A DNA stretch of 64,000 nucleotides from Nostoc sp. (GCF_036917235.1 NZ_JBALDU010000068.1:3953-67952), one strand, 5' to 3'; positions 50,153-61,299 are shown, counted from the first letter of the stretch. Notes: generated from the letters alone by a model not told the origin. Numbers and translations: made by a program.

Positions 50153-50541
50153 TGTTTGTACTTTTTTCTCTATTTCTCTAATTTCTTCTGGGCTGTAATT
50201 TTTGATTACAACCAGATTTAATGCTGATAAAGTTATTTTTCAGTATTAACCTTTTTAATTTCAATTGCGTGAGCCTAAAGGTCTAATCATTCTAATTATA
50301 ATAAAATTAGCTTTTTTAGTTATATCTATAGAGTGATTTTACATTGGCGATCGCCACTTATGACTTGTTATTTGCGTATTAAAGTATTAAAATTTACGCA
50401 GCAAAGTATTTTTACGCTAAAATCTTAAAATTATACCCTATGAATGAGCCTCTTCAACCCATAGCAGGAGTATCACTTTCCATTCAGCGTCTACTATAGA
50501 CAACTAGGAAATAAAATTGCAGGATATCTGCCTTTTAAATT

Positions 50542-50757
50542 ATGGACTGGAAGTACAGGTGGAAAAATGGTTATCGACCAAGCCGAGACGAAGCAGCAAA
50601 AAATCCTCATTTGTTAGATGAGAATCAGTTCGAGAACGAAAAAGACCGAAAGCTTGCTGAAGAAACTGCAAGGAAGCATTTGGGCGTACCTGCACCAACT
50701 TTAGACGAAGATAAATCAATACTACCTCATGCGGCTTCGCTTAATGAAAATGTTTAA
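50542..50757 (+). CDS. Small hypothetical protein
   Basis: 71-aa charged ORF; start uncertain. Confidence 0.45.
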   Translation: MDWKYRWKNGYRPSRDEAAKNPHLLDENQFENEKDRKLAEETARKHLGVPAPTLDEDKSILPHAASLNENV

Positions 50758-50779
50758 TACTAACGATATAGGCATTTTT

Positions 50780-51370
50780 TGTCTATATATGCCCCATACC
50801 ATTATCAAGTTTAGCAAAATGCAGATTTCTCAACTTTTTAGTCGATTAAACAATAAAAAATTTAGTAATTTACTCACTCAGACAGTAGCTTTAGGCTTAG
50901 GCGCTATCGTTCTATTTTCAACTACTAATGCTAATGCTGCCGAGCAAGTTGTTTTAAAGTATGGTACTTTTCAGGGGCAAATATCGGTTGAAGAATTAAG
51001 TCAGTTTACAGAAACTGGCAAAACTACTCCAACATTAAGAGCTTATTTACAGGCGGCGCAACAAGATCCCGCAGTAGCTCGTAAGGCACTGAAAGCACCA
51101 ATAAAAGCTGATGCTGCATTTTTAAATAGCTTACTATCTAGTTGGGCTGGGCCAATTTTAGTTAACCAAATTGGTGAGGTAGTTCATCCTCCAGCAGGAG
51201 AACTAAATCAGGAAGCATTGCGAAGCGCTTTAAGTACATCTATTCAACAAAATGGTGAAGTTACACTACTTGGAGCCATTCAAAATTATCCAAATACTTC
51301 TGTTGAACTTGAAGGAGATCGTCTCATCTCTGTTTATGAACGCCTTAGCAGTCTTGCAGAACTCTTATAA
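50780..51370 (+). CDS. DUF1400 alpha/beta hydrolase-associated protein
   Basis: AAEQVVLKYG, ISVEEL..F, ALRSAL, TLLGAIQNYP; start approximate. Confidence 0.8.
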   Translation, partial: CLYMPHTIIKFSKMQISQLFSRLNNKKFSNLLTQTVALGLGAIVLFSTTNANAAEQVVLKYGTFQGQISVEELSQFTETGKTTPTLRAYLQAAQQDPAVARKALKAPIKADAAFLNSLLSSWAGPILVNQIGEVVHPPAGELNQEALRSALSTSIQQNGEVTLLGAIQNYPNTSVELEGDRLISVYERLSSLAELL

Positions 51371-51554
51371 TGATTACTTACAGACAAGAGATTTGTCACG
51401 AGATGATTTGTTTAGTGTCTCAAGAGTGATGAATTTTAATCACCATTATGATTAAGTTAATACTGAAGAGTCTATCTTAGGGTTCATACCCTGTTACTTA
51501 GAAATTCCCTAACCTAAATGTAGAGTTTAGTCTAAGAATAGGAAAAGGATTTTT

Positions 51555-52112
51555 ATGACAACCGATATTTCTAGAGATACTAACAAAAATGTTAATGGGT
51601 CACTGATAACAGGTGTTCTGTTGAGTATTTTAGGGGTTATTGCGATCGCAGCGCCTAACTTTACCACCATATTCGCCGAAACTTGGATTGCAGGGATTTT
51701 GATTTTCGCCGGATTTACAAAACTAGTTTATGCCACTCAAACCCGCGAAGGAGGAGGTTTTATTTGGAAACTTCTTTTGAGCGGGCTTTATATTGCTACC
51801 GGCATCATGCTGTTTGTTTACCCTTATACGGGTGTTTTGACACTGACTCTGTTACTTGGCACATTTTTGTTGACTGAAGGCACATTCGAGTTAATTCTGG
51901 CATTCAAGTTGCGTCCACAACAAAACTGGACGTGGATATTAACTAATGGCATTATTACCCTCGTGTTAGGTGCAATGATTTGGTTCCAGTGGCCCTTCAA
52001 TGCGCCTTGGCTAATTGGGACATTAGTTGGTGTCAGCATTATTTTTAGCGGCATTTCACGCGTGATGCTGGCGTTGAATGGGCGTTCTACCTTAAGTGGA
52101 GAACTACCTTAA
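51555..52112 (+). CDS. HdeD/DUF308 family membrane protein
   Basis: Six hydrophobic segments, GVLLSILG, WLIGTLVGVSIIFSG. Confidence 0.88.
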   Translation: MTTDISRDTNKNVNGSLITGVLLSILGVIAIAAPNFTTIFAETWIAGILIFAGFTKLVYATQTREGGGFIWKLLLSGLYIATGIMLFVYPYTGVLTLTLLLGTFLLTEGTFELILAFKLRPQQNWTWILTNGIITLVLGAMIWFQWPFNAPWLIGTLVGVSIIFSGISRVMLALNGRSTLSGELP

Positions 52113-52197
52113 ATAGAGAATAGACAATAGGGAAAGGTTTTATAAATACCTAATTCCCAATCCCCAATACCAAAAAAGTTTACAAGACATTGCAGCA

Positions 52198-52294
52198 GCG
52201 ATGCCTACGGTGGTCACTGAGCGTAGTCCTACCTCTCTGGGGAAGTCAAGGCTACGCGCAGCGTCTCGTAGAGAAGTGCTGGCTATGCCTACGC
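52198..52294. repeat. SDR5-like element expanded by nested insertions
   Basis: GCGATGCCTACGG ... GGCTATGCCTACGC ends enclosing further units such as TACGCGCAGCGTCTCGTAGAG. Confidence 0.7.
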
Positions 52295-52355
52295 CAACAA
52301 AATTGCTAAATTAACAAAGGAAATCAAAATCAAGGCCAGCTAGCTGCAATTAACA

Positions 52356-54434
52356 ATGGTATCTATTGCTACTCCCTTCTCGGATATTCAAAACCATTGG
52401 GCACGTTTATTTATTACAGCCTTAGCCCAACGCGGTATTGTCAGTGGGTTGCCTAATGGCACTTATCGCCCCGATAATTCACTTACCCGTGCTGAATTTG
52501 CCGCTATTATCGCCAACGCATTTGGGACAGTTTCCAAGAAGCGGCAGTATGTTCCCTTTGTTGATGTACCCACGAATTATTGGGCAGCAGCAGCCATCAA
52601 AACAGCTTACGAAAAAGCATTTATTAGCGGGTTTCCTGATAAAACTTTCCGTTCCGCTAACCGAATTACTAGAGTAGAAGTCTTAGTTTCTTTGGTAGCA
52701 GGCTTAGAAATTGCTACCAAGGTTAAACCCGACCTCCTCTCAAAACTCTCACAAATTTATCAGGATTCTGTTCAGATTCCTGAGTATGGTAGAAATCACG
52801 TAGCTATTGCCACCAGCGCTGGATTGGTGGTTAGTTTTCCAAATATTAAATTACTCAATCCTAATCTTGCAGCCACCCGTGCAGATGTGGCAGTGATTAT
52901 TTATCAAGCCTTGATGTATTTAGGTCAGGCAGAAAAAATTGCGTCTAGTTACTTAGTACAGCCGCCAATATTAACACCAACACCAACTCCAACTCCAATA
53001 CCAACTCCAACTCCGACACCAATTCCAATACCAACACCTATAGGTAGTGTTAGGGTAAATCATAGCCGGGAATTCCGGGGGGCATGGGTAGTATCTGTAT
53101 GGAATGGTGATTGGCCTTCCAAACCGGGACTTTCTGTTGCTCAACAAAAAGCAGAACTTACCGAGATTATTACTAAATTACAAGCGCTAAATTTCAATGC
53201 TCTGATTTTCCAGGTGCGACCAGAGGGAGACGCTTTGTATGAATCTCAATTAGAGCCTTGGAGTGCTTGGATTACAGGAACTCAGGGGAAAGCACCAGAA
53301 CCATTTTACGATCCTTTAGCGTTTGCGATCGCAGAATGTCACAAGCGCAATATTGAACTCCATGCTTGGTTCAACCCTTACCGTGCTAGCACTTCCACCG
53401 ACCCAGCGAAAACAGTCCGTCCCCACATCGCAGCTACTAATCCAGAAAGCGTTTATTTGTGGAAAACTCAACGCTGGATGGACCCAGGACTAAAAATAGT
53501 TCAGGATAGGGCGTATAACGTAATTCTCGATGTAGTGAAGCGCTACGATGTTGATGGCATTCACTTAGATGATTATTTCTATCCATATCCCATCGAAGGA
53601 CAGTCTTTCCCCGATGAGAAAACCTACGCTGTATATAAAGCAGCTGGTGGTACACTCAGCCTTGGCGATTGGCGACGAGACAATGTTAACAAAATGGTAC
53701 AACGCCTTTGGCAAGGAATTAAAACAACCAAACCCGACGTTAAATTTGGTATAAGTCCCTTTGGAATTTATCGCCCCGGACAACCTGCTGGGATTACTGG
53801 GTTGGATGCTTACAACGTGCTGTATGCAGACTCGAAGAAATGGTTAGAAGAAGGCTGGATTGATTATATCGCTCCTCAACTTTACTGGCGCACAGACCAA
53901 CCACAACAAAGTTATTCAGCGTTACTAAAGTGGTGGACACAGGTAAACACAAAACAAAGACACGTTTACGCTGGCAACAATCTGACAGAACCAAGCAACA
54001 AGAGTCGGGAGAGTGATGAGATTGAAAAGCAGGTGATAGTTAGTCGTAGCCAAGCTGCACAGTTATCGCTGGGGAATATCTTCTTTAATCTCAGTGTTTT
54101 AACAGAAAATAGTCAGGGCATTGCTGATAAATTCCAAAGTCTGCTGTATAACAAACCTGCGCTACCGCCAACTTTGCCTTGGCAGGATACAACACCACCA
54201 CCTCCACCGATTGGATTACAAGTCAATAACCGCAAACTGAGTTGGCAGCCTGGAGATAATCAGCCAGTTCGTTCCTGGACACTTTATCGGCTGAGTGGCG
54301 ATACTTGGACAATTGGGCGAATTTTGTCTGCTGGCACAACCTTCGCTACCGTCCAACAAGCGGGAAGCTATGCCGTATGTGCAGTGGATAGATTAGCCAA
54401 CGAGAGTACGGGAACAGTTATTACAGTTAGTTGA
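52356..54434 (+). CDS. SLH-domain family 10 glycosyl hydrolase-like (GHL10) protein
   Basis: Three SLH repeats, (PT)n linker, EFRGAW, ELHAWFNPY, DGIHLDDYFYPY. Confidence 0.92.
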   Translation: MVSIATPFSDIQNHWARLFITALAQRGIVSGLPNGTYRPDNSLTRAEFAAIIANAFGTVSKKRQYVPFVDVPTNYWAAAAIKTAYEKAFISGFPDKTFRSANRITRVEVLVSLVAGLEIATKVKPDLLSKLSQIYQDSVQIPEYGRNHVAIATSAGLVVSFPNIKLLNPNLAATRADVAVIIYQALMYLGQAEKIASSYLVQPPILTPTPTPTPIPTPTPTPIPIPTPIGSVRVNHSREFRGAWVVSVWNGDWPSKPGLSVAQQKAELTEIITKLQALNFNALIFQVRPEGDALYESQLEPWSAWITGTQGKAPEPFYDPLAFAIAECHKRNIELHAWFNPYRASTSTDPAKTVRPHIAATNPESVYLWKTQRWMDPGLKIVQDRAYNVILDVVKRYDVDGIHLDDYFYPYPIEGQSFPDEKTYAVYKAAGGTLSLGDWRRDNVNKMVQRLWQGIKTTKPDVKFGISPFGIYRPGQPAGITGLDAYNVLYADSKKWLEEGWIDYIAPQLYWRTDQPQQSYSALLKWWTQVNTKQRHVYAGNNLTEPSNKSRESDEIEKQVIVSRSQAAQLSLGNIFFNLSVLTENSQGIADKFQSLLYNKPALPPTLPWQDTTPPPPPIGLQVNNRKLSWQPGDNQPVRSWTLYRLSGDTWTIGRILSAGTTFATVQQAGSYAVCAVDRLANESTGTVITVS

Positions 54435-54843
54435 ACAATAGTGCTGCCCAGATTACCCACAACTTTTATGGATACAACTGACGAATAGGAATCAGACTCG
54501 AATGGCACTAAGAAAAGCCCAAAGACTTATTGTATCTTCGTTCCCAGGCTGGAGGCTGGTAATCAGTTGGGGCAGGGGCTGTATCTTAACTTACTGCCAT
54601 TCAAGTCTGACTCTTCAAGATAAAACCAGTCTGATAATAATAGCGTAACTGCGGAATTAAAACCATCATCACCCGCTCAAACACTGATGTTGGAAATTTT
54701 TTGAATAATTAACTCTCATAAGTAAAAATCTGTTTTTAACCTTTTCATAACTTAAGATTAACCAAAATTTATCCGGTATCAGCTCTAGACTTTCTGAAGT
54801 AAGCATTGTACAAAAAAGCTAGTCAGTACAGGATGTAAATTAC

Positions 54844-55281
54844 ATGAGTCGAAAAGCCAGCAAAGTGTTTAAACAGTCTGGGGTGATTCCTTACAGAGTG
54901 AACAATGGTAAAGTTGAAATCTTGCTAATTACAACCCGTGACTTTCAACATTGGGTGATTCCCAAAGGAGATATTCCTAATGGCATGAGTCCGCCTGCTT
55001 CAGCAGCAAAAGAGGCGTGGGAAGAAGCAGGGATAATTGGACAAGTAGATGCAAATGAACTGGGAACTTACAAGTACCGCAAACAAGGCAAAATTTACTG
55101 CGTCAAAATGTATTTACTATCAGTCGATATGCTGAGTGAAGATTATCCCGAAGCAAGTAAAAGAAAACGGCAGTGGGTAGAAGTGAATAAAGCTATCAGG
55201 CGGGTTAAGTTTAATTCACTCAAACGAATCCTTAAAGGTTTTTTCCAGGTAAAATCTCAATTTTGTTCATTACGATGTTAA
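54844..55281 (+). CDS. NUDIX hydrolase
   Basis: WVIPKG...SAAKEAWEEAG Nudix box. Confidence 0.92.
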   Translation: MSRKASKVFKQSGVIPYRVNNGKVEILLITTRDFQHWVIPKGDIPNGMSPPASAAKEAWEEAGIIGQVDANELGTYKYRKQGKIYCVKMYLLSVDMLSEDYPEASKRKRQWVEVNKAIRRVKFNSLKRILKGFFQVKSQFCSLRC

Positions 55282-55390
55282 GTAGTGGACAGAAAAAATT
55301 AAACTATATTATACAATACAAACTAATAAAAGGTTTGTAGTCAAAGCTCCAAACCTTACTATAAACCTTTGTTTATTCACGCCCACTTAA

Positions 55391-56182
55391 TTAAATCCAT
55401 AATAAAGCTACCCAAGTTTTTATACCAACAATTCCATCAGCCTGTAATTTCTTAGATGTTTGAAAACTAACAATTGCATTTTTAACTGATTCAGAAAAAC
55501 GCCCATCAATGGCATCAGTATATAATCCAATATCTTTTAATTGCTGTTGTAATTGTTTTACTCTTAGCCCAGAATCTCCTAGCTGCAATCCATTAAATCT
55601 ATTCAAATCGGCTCGACCACTAACACCAGCTACACCAGATATATCACCTTCATATTGATGGATTAAGTATTGTCCTTGCCAAGCACCAGGAATAGTTGGG
55701 TTCCTAGTTCCATAGTGGGCAATCCATAAAGGATAACTAGCAAAATCAGATGGATTACCAAGTTCTGTCCAAAAACTGGGAAAGGTATAAATAATTGGTT
55801 TAATAGGTTTTTTTGTTTGTTGTAAAAGGGCTTTTTCCACCTCTGCTAACCACAACTTCGCTGCATTAATTACAGCTTGGCTATTTACTTTGTCAGTTAC
55901 CTCTACATCTATGACTGGTGGTAAGTCTCCCGGTTCTAATTTGCCCAAAGTTTTTAAGAATTCTTTTGCTTGCTGAACCGGGTCAGATGTATGAGGGTGA
56001 AAGAAATGATAAGCACCCCGAATCAGACCAACAGCTTTCATGGTTTGCCAATGATGAGCAAAAGCAGAATCTTTAATGCTTACTCCTTCTGTGGCTTTGA
56101 CAAACGCAAAAGTTTTACCAGAGTTTTTTACTGCTGTCCAATCTACTCTGCCGTCTTGATCGGCAACATCAATTCCTTCCAT
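55391..56182 (-). CDS. GH25 lysozyme with C-terminal peptidoglycan-binding domain
   Basis: GIDV, KATEG, GAYHF, PPVIDVE, LWIAHY; DGIVGIKTW. Confidence 0.92.
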   Translation of the reverse strand: MEGIDVADQDGRVDWTAVKNSGKTFAFVKATEGVSIKDSAFAHHWQTMKAVGLIRGAYHFFHPHTSDPVQQAKEFLKTLGKLEPGDLPPVIDVEVTDKVNSQAVINAAKLWLAEVEKALLQQTKKPIKPIIYTFPSFWTELGNPSDFASYPLWIAHYGTRNPTIPGAWQGQYLIHQYEGDISGVAGVSGRADLNRFNGLQLGDSGLRVKQLQQQLKDIGLYTDAIDGRFSESVKNAIVSFQTSKKLQADGIVGIKTWVALLWI

Positions 56183-56283
56183 AGAATTTTTTAACCTTTT
56201 TGATTAGTACAATCTTGAACTTATCAGAGGCTTTGATTAAATTTATGCTTTTTCTGGGTATTTGAGTAAATTTCTGTAATTTA

Positions 56284-56925
56284 CTAGGGTTGAGTGTTAA
56301 CGGCTCGTACTGGAGTCACTCTAACTTTGCCTGTACAAGGCTTGATTTGTTCTGTAAGGGTAAAGTGCTTGTAAGCATTTGGAGGTGTGATTTCAATTTT
56401 ACTAGACGTTGGGCAGTTTTGATCTGGGGAACTAATGTGGTTATATGCTATCTGAAATGAGGCTTCTTTTCCAGGAGCCAGAGTTACTTGTTGTCGAGGT
56501 TGCTTACTCGAAAAGTAAGTATCCTGGGAGCGAATAACTTTAATCCCCTGCAAAGGTTGATCTTTTGCATCCAGTAGTGCCAATCCCGGATAACCGTTGA
56601 GGGTGCAAGGGGATGAGGCGTTATTGGTGAAGGCGTAGGTAAGTGCAACATTCCCAACGCCAGCATCTTCGGAGACTCGGCGCACTGACAATTGACTAGT
56701 TTCACAGCGCGTCGGATTTGTGGCAGTAGTGGCTTCAGGGGTAGAATGCTCTATAGGTTTTGCAGCCGGTGTGGGTGTTGAGGTCAACACAGCTTCTTTG
56801 GTCGGCTGCTCAGTCATTATTGGTAAGGCTTGCGGCTGTTTTGTAACAGAGGAAGAACCGACACAGCCAGTTGTCATTGCAGTTAGGAGCAACAACATAC
56901 TGCTTTCCATAATTAGAATTCGCAT
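56284..56925 (-). CDS. DUF4232 lipoprotein
   Basis: Lipobox TTGC; C....L, FTN....CTLNGYPGL, VTLAPG. Confidence 0.8.
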   Translation of the reverse strand: MRILIMESSMLLLLTAMTTGCVGSSSVTKQPQALPIMTEQPTKEAVLTSTPTPAAKPIEHSTPEATTATNPTRCETSQLSVRRVSEDAGVGNVALTYAFTNNASSPCTLNGYPGLALLDAKDQPLQGIKVIRSQDTYFSSKQPRQQVTLAPGKEASFQIAYNHISSPDQNCPTSSKIEITPPNAYKHFTLTEQIKPCTGKVRVTPVRAVNTQP

Positions 56926-57299
56926 ATCTTCTTTTTTGTAGTAAACTACTTACACTGATGCTTCATATCCACTATAAGTTTCCAAATTCACAAGATATAC
57001 CTTGTCGTACGTTTGATATTATACCAATTAGCTAGATGCATCATCATAGCTAATTATTAAACGAACTGCGATCGTGTAGTGTCTTGTAGAGAAGGAGTAA
57101 TAATTCAGTGCAAGCTTATGGGGAAATATATTGACAAAACGCGATCTTTGCTTTGGACTTTTGAATAATGGAGGGAAATGGATTTATGCCTCTTTAGATC
57201 GCCTATCTACATAACTAGCAACATGAATTAGTAACATAAATTCTACGAACATATGATTAACTGTACTAAGTAATTATGATTGTTTGAGCTAACAAAATT

Positions 57300-58316
57300 A
57301 TGAGATTTTTCAATTTTTGTCAGATTAGCCTTCCACTAATCGGCTTTGCCTTGCTAGGATTTATAGCCCCAAGAGCTAATGCAGCGCTTTTAGTGGGGAG
57401 TTATAATAATAACTCCGTTCTGCGCTACGACGAAAAAACGGGAGAATTCATTGATGATTTCGTTCCTTCAGGTAGTGGCTTACTAAAGGGGCCAACTGGT
57501 TTAACTATTGGACCCGATAACAATCTTTATGTTAGTAGTATTTTGAGCGGTAGCGTCCAACGTTACGACGGAAAAACAGGGAATTTCATTAGTACCTTCG
57601 TTCCTTCTCTTAGTGGTGGACTAGATACACCTGAAGACTTGGTTTTTGGGCCTGACAGCAACCTCTATGTTACCAGTATTAACAGCCGTACTAGTAATAG
57701 TGTTCTACGCTACAACGGGAAAACAGGAGCTTTTATCGATACTTTTGTCCCCTCAGGTAGCGGCAGACTCAGTGCGCCTTTTAGTTTGAGCTTTGGTTTA
57801 GACGGGAATCTCTACGTCAGTAGTACTCTTACTGATAGTATTTTAAGGTACAATGGCCAAACTGGAGCTTTTATCGACACTTTTGCAACAGAGGCAAAAG
57901 GGTCAGAAGCTGGTGGCTTGACCTTTGGTCCAGACGGCAATCTCTACGTTGCTAACTTTAAGGCTAACAATATTTTGCGCTTTAACGGTAAGACAGGAGC
58001 CTTTATCGACACTTTTGTCCAAGCTGGCAGTGGTGGACTCAATGATCCTGTTAAGCCAATCTTCGGCCCCGACGGAAACCTTTACGTTAGTGGCTTAAAT
58101 AGTAATAACGTGTTACGTTACAACGGCAAGACAGGAGCTTTTATTGACACCTTTATCCCAGCCGGTCTAGGTGGGTTAAATGGTGCTGGCTTTTTGGCTT
58201 TTACTGAAGACAGCACTGTTATTCCTGAACCTAGAATGGGGCTAGCTTTGTTGGCACTTGGTGCTACGCTAGGAGCAAGCAAGCTACTTAGCCGTAAGCA
58301 GAAAGCCACATCATAA
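57300..58316 (+). CDS. PEP-CTERM NHL-repeat beta-propeller protein
   Basis: Repeated FGPDGNLYV...VLRYNGKTGAFIDTF; VIPEP + TM + basic tail. Confidence 0.9.
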   Translation: MRFFNFCQISLPLIGFALLGFIAPRANAALLVGSYNNNSVLRYDEKTGEFIDDFVPSGSGLLKGPTGLTIGPDNNLYVSSILSGSVQRYDGKTGNFISTFVPSLSGGLDTPEDLVFGPDSNLYVTSINSRTSNSVLRYNGKTGAFIDTFVPSGSGRLSAPFSLSFGLDGNLYVSSTLTDSILRYNGQTGAFIDTFATEAKGSEAGGLTFGPDGNLYVANFKANNILRFNGKTGAFIDTFVQAGSGGLNDPVKPIFGPDGNLYVSGLNSNNVLRYNGKTGAFIDTFIPAGLGGLNGAGFLAFTEDSTVIPEPRMGLALLALGATLGASKLLSRKQKATS

Positions 58317-58436
58317 AAATCCAGCAATTACTGGAGCTTGAGTAGGAACCCCAGACGATTTGAGCATTTTGATTCCAAATACCCAAAAATTTAAATCTAA
58401 TTTAAATAGTAAGTAGCAGTTATTGGGTGCTACTTA

Positions 58437-59420
58437 CTATTCAATTGATGATTTTATTTTTCCGAAGTCACTGACGCGAATTAAAATATTATCTGTTGCT
58501 TCAATCAAAGCATTACGAATTCCTGGTTCACTCATCGAATGTCCGGCATCAGGAACCACTATAAATTCTGCTTCTGGCCAAGCTCGATGTAATTCCCAAG
58601 CTGATATCATTGGGCAGACTACATCATAGCGTCCCTGAACAATTACAGCTGGAATATGGCGGATTCTGTCTACATTTAAGAGTAATTGATCTTCTGTTTC
58701 CAAAAATCCCTTATTCATAAAGTAATGGCATTCAATCCGAGCAAAAGCTGAAGCAAATTCACTCTCGCCAAACTTTTGCATGAGTTCTGGGTCTAAAAAA
58801 AGTCTACTGGTGCTACCTTCCCAAATTGACCAAGCACGCGCTGCTGTTAATTGAATTTCTAAATCTGGATTGGTCAAGCGTTTGTAATATGCTGCGATTA
58901 AATCATCACGTTCATCTACAGGAATTGGTTTGAGATATTCTTCCCAAGCATCAGGAAAAATATAGCTAGCACCCTCTTGGTAAAACCAGCGCAACTCTTT
59001 TTGCCTCAGCATAAAGATCCCACGCAGAATTAATCCTGTGCATCGAGAGGGATGGGTTTGACTGTAGGCTAATGATAAAGTGCTACCCCAACTACCACCA
59101 AAAACCGCCCACTTTTCTATACCTAAATGTTGGCGCAGTTTTTCGATATCACTGACTAAATCCCAAGTGGTGTTTTCTCGTAATTCAGCATGGGGCGTAC
59201 TTTGACCACAACCGCGCTGGTCAAACATCACTATCCGCCATTTTTCTGGGTGGAAATATTGCCGATAAAAAGCTGGACATCCGCCACCAGGGCCCCCATG
59301 CAGCAAAACGATGGGTTGACCTTGGGGGTTTCCTGACTCTTCAAAATGGATAGTATGAAGGTCGGAAACCTGTAAACTACCTTCTAAGTAAGGCTCGATC
59401 GCTGGGTAAAGTTCTCTCAT
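58437..59420 (-). CDS. pip: Proline iminopeptidase
   Basis: HGGPGGG, DQRGCGQS, GGSWGS, GRYDVVCP, AGHS. Confidence 0.95.
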   Translation of the reverse strand: MRELYPAIEPYLEGSLQVSDLHTIHFEESGNPQGQPIVLLHGGPGGGCPAFYRQYFHPEKWRIVMFDQRGCGQSTPHAELRENTTWDLVSDIEKLRQHLGIEKWAVFGGSWGSTLSLAYSQTHPSRCTGLILRGIFMLRQKELRWFYQEGASYIFPDAWEEYLKPIPVDERDDLIAAYYKRLTNPDLEIQLTAARAWSIWEGSTSRLFLDPELMQKFGESEFASAFARIECHYFMNKGFLETEDQLLLNVDRIRHIPAVIVQGRYDVVCPMISAWELHRAWPEAEFIVVPDAGHSMSEPGIRNALIEATDNILIRVSDFGKIKSSIE

Positions 59421-59439
59421 TTTGCATATTTTATCAGTA

Positions 59440-59920
59440 ATGTTGTGATGGCGATCGCTCTATCTGTCAAACTCTCTTCAAAAGCCAACCGCAACACCTC
59501 CAACCACTATGGTTTGAGTTCAATTCCTGTTTTGATGTCTTTAGTCTGAGTTGCACCATGAAGGGCCAAATTAACCCGCATTAGCATTTCATCTTCGGGT
59601 AATCCTTTATCTGAGATCGCAAATCCAGCTTGATGATTATCAATCTCGTGTTTGATCCGAATTAACGCCTTCACATAACTAGTTTGCACCATGAAATTCT
59701 GATCAGGATATTCTTGGAGCAAAGTTTGTAACAGCTTAATTCCGGTATCAATTTCTGCTGTCTCTCCTTGGCGATCGGGAATTGATAAATCCATCACAAT
59801 CAGGTCAAAATGGCAATATTGAAGTTGAGAAAGAGTCTATTTTGCCGTCTGAGCCTTAGCGATTGCAGATAAAGGATACTGTCTACTTAAGACATCGAGC
59901 GTACCCAAGTGATTGCCAGC
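59440..59920 (-). pseudogene. NarL-like response regulator remnant
   Basis: DLIVMDLSIP, KP*WLEVLRLAFEE..TDRAIA with two in-frame stops; both ends lost. Confidence 0.7.
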
Positions 59921-60008
59921 CTCCAAGCTGGATTTATCTACTCTTTCTGCACCGTCTTGACAAATGTGCATTTACCTTAACCTCTTATGGATGGGAAATG
60001 CCTGCTTT

Positions 60009-60587
60009 TCAACTATCCCCAAAACCTGCGAGTTTTTTAATTTCTGTGATTTCATTGGCTACTGTATTATTTATAAAAACATCTGAATACCTACAGCTTA
60101 CTACAGCAGTTCCCTCATTTCTTCCTTTTCCTGTTTTGACAACTTCCCACGATAGCTCTGTATTAGATCTACCAAGCTCCGCGGCACCACCTCCCGTTAT
60201 GTAAGTTTCTTGTGATACCAATTCAAAATCACTAGGACAAGTTATTGTTGGCGCCGGACATACTTTTCTTTTACCAGAGCTGCCATTAGTACAACTTTGT
60301 CCTAATGTCGTTACTTTGCGAAAGGTTTCGTAATCTTCACGACGCTCTTGCCTAAATTCATTTTCAAGTTGACTTAAATCATTGCTAAATTGTATGAGAA
60401 CAGCGGGTGTGATAGGTGAAGTTGTGTATTTTTTTGTCAGATATTCAAATTTTGTTTTATAACTTGCAACATAATTAGTAAAAGGTTCAGGTGGATTGAT
60501 ATCTTGAAAGGAAATATCTTCAGCAAAGGTTACTACGGGAGAAGCAAGTACTATTAACATTCCAATTATTGTGTCAGAAAGTCTCAT
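60009..60587 (-). CDS. Orphan secreted protein with helical N-part and four Cys
   Basis: Signal peptide; uninterrupted 192-aa ORF. Confidence 0.65.
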   Translation of the reverse strand: MRLSDTIIGMLIVLASPVVTFAEDISFQDINPPEPFTNYVASYKTKFEYLTKKYTTSPITPAVLIQFSNDLSQLENEFRQERREDYETFRKVTTLGQSCTNGSSGKRKVCPAPTITCPSDFELVSQETYITGGGAAELGRSNTELSWEVVKTGKGRNEGTAVVSCRYSDVFINNTVANEITEIKKLAGFGDS

Positions 60588-60690
60588 TGGTTTCTACTCC
60601 TTATGAATGATTAACACTTTCTATTACTACTATTTTTCAGTAATGGCTATGATCGCCAAAGGTATCCCAGAAGTTTTTAGTCTATTGAGT

Positions 60691-61299
60691 TTAGTTTGCA
60701 ATCAAAAACTCGAAATTTTTGTCTGTAAATCGGTATTCTGCTCCTCCAAATGAAACGTAGCAGATTTTAGTCGGCTCATAGTATTTTCCAGGTATATACT
60801 CACCTTTGTACTTGGCTCTGCATACATATAATGTGTTTCCACCATTATCTTGATTGCCTCCCCAAACTCTATCTCTAGAAGATGGCAATTCTCCCCCAGT
60901 ATTTCTCCAGCTCCAGTTGTTTCCCGTTAGTACACGATATTTGGTGTAGCGATATTCTTTATTTCCCCCCGGAATGAAGCAATTATGAGCCTCAGTTAAC
61001 TTTCCAGGTATATACTCTTTATCATGTATCGCTTGGCAAACATACAGTTTATTTCCATTCTGACTGCCACCAACAACAGCATTAGTAGGGATATAGTTAT
61101 TGGTTTTTTTCTTTTCGTAATTTACCCATGAAACACTCGCCAATGCAGGTACTGCTATAGAAACTGCTATTCCAGTTGCTAGAAGTGTAGCGATCCGACT
61201 GAATTTCAGCAAACTTACTTTTGTAAAGTTGGTGTTCATCCTTTTATCCTCACTAAGCATTCGTTGCCACTGATTGTTTTTATGATTCTTGGGTTTCAT
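60691..61299 (-). CDS. Secreted DM9/DUF3421 repeat protein
   Basis: Two GG......LYVC.A......IPGK....C repeats; start may be 61239. Confidence 0.75.
   Translation of the reverse strand: MKPKNHKNNQWQRMLSEDKRMNTNFTKVSLLKFSRIATLLATGIAVSIAVPALASVSWVNYEKKKTNNYIPTNAVVGGSQNGNKLYVCQAIHDKEYIPGKLTEAHNCFIPGGNKEYRYTKYRVLTGNNWSWRNTGGELPSSRDRVWGGNQDNGGNTLYVCRAKYKGEYIPGKYYEPTKICYVSFGGAEYRFTDKNFEFLIAN

Noticed and set aside
52975-53040. CCAACT-rich repeat
   Set aside because: Encodes an ordinary Pro-Thr linker between the SLH and catalytic domains
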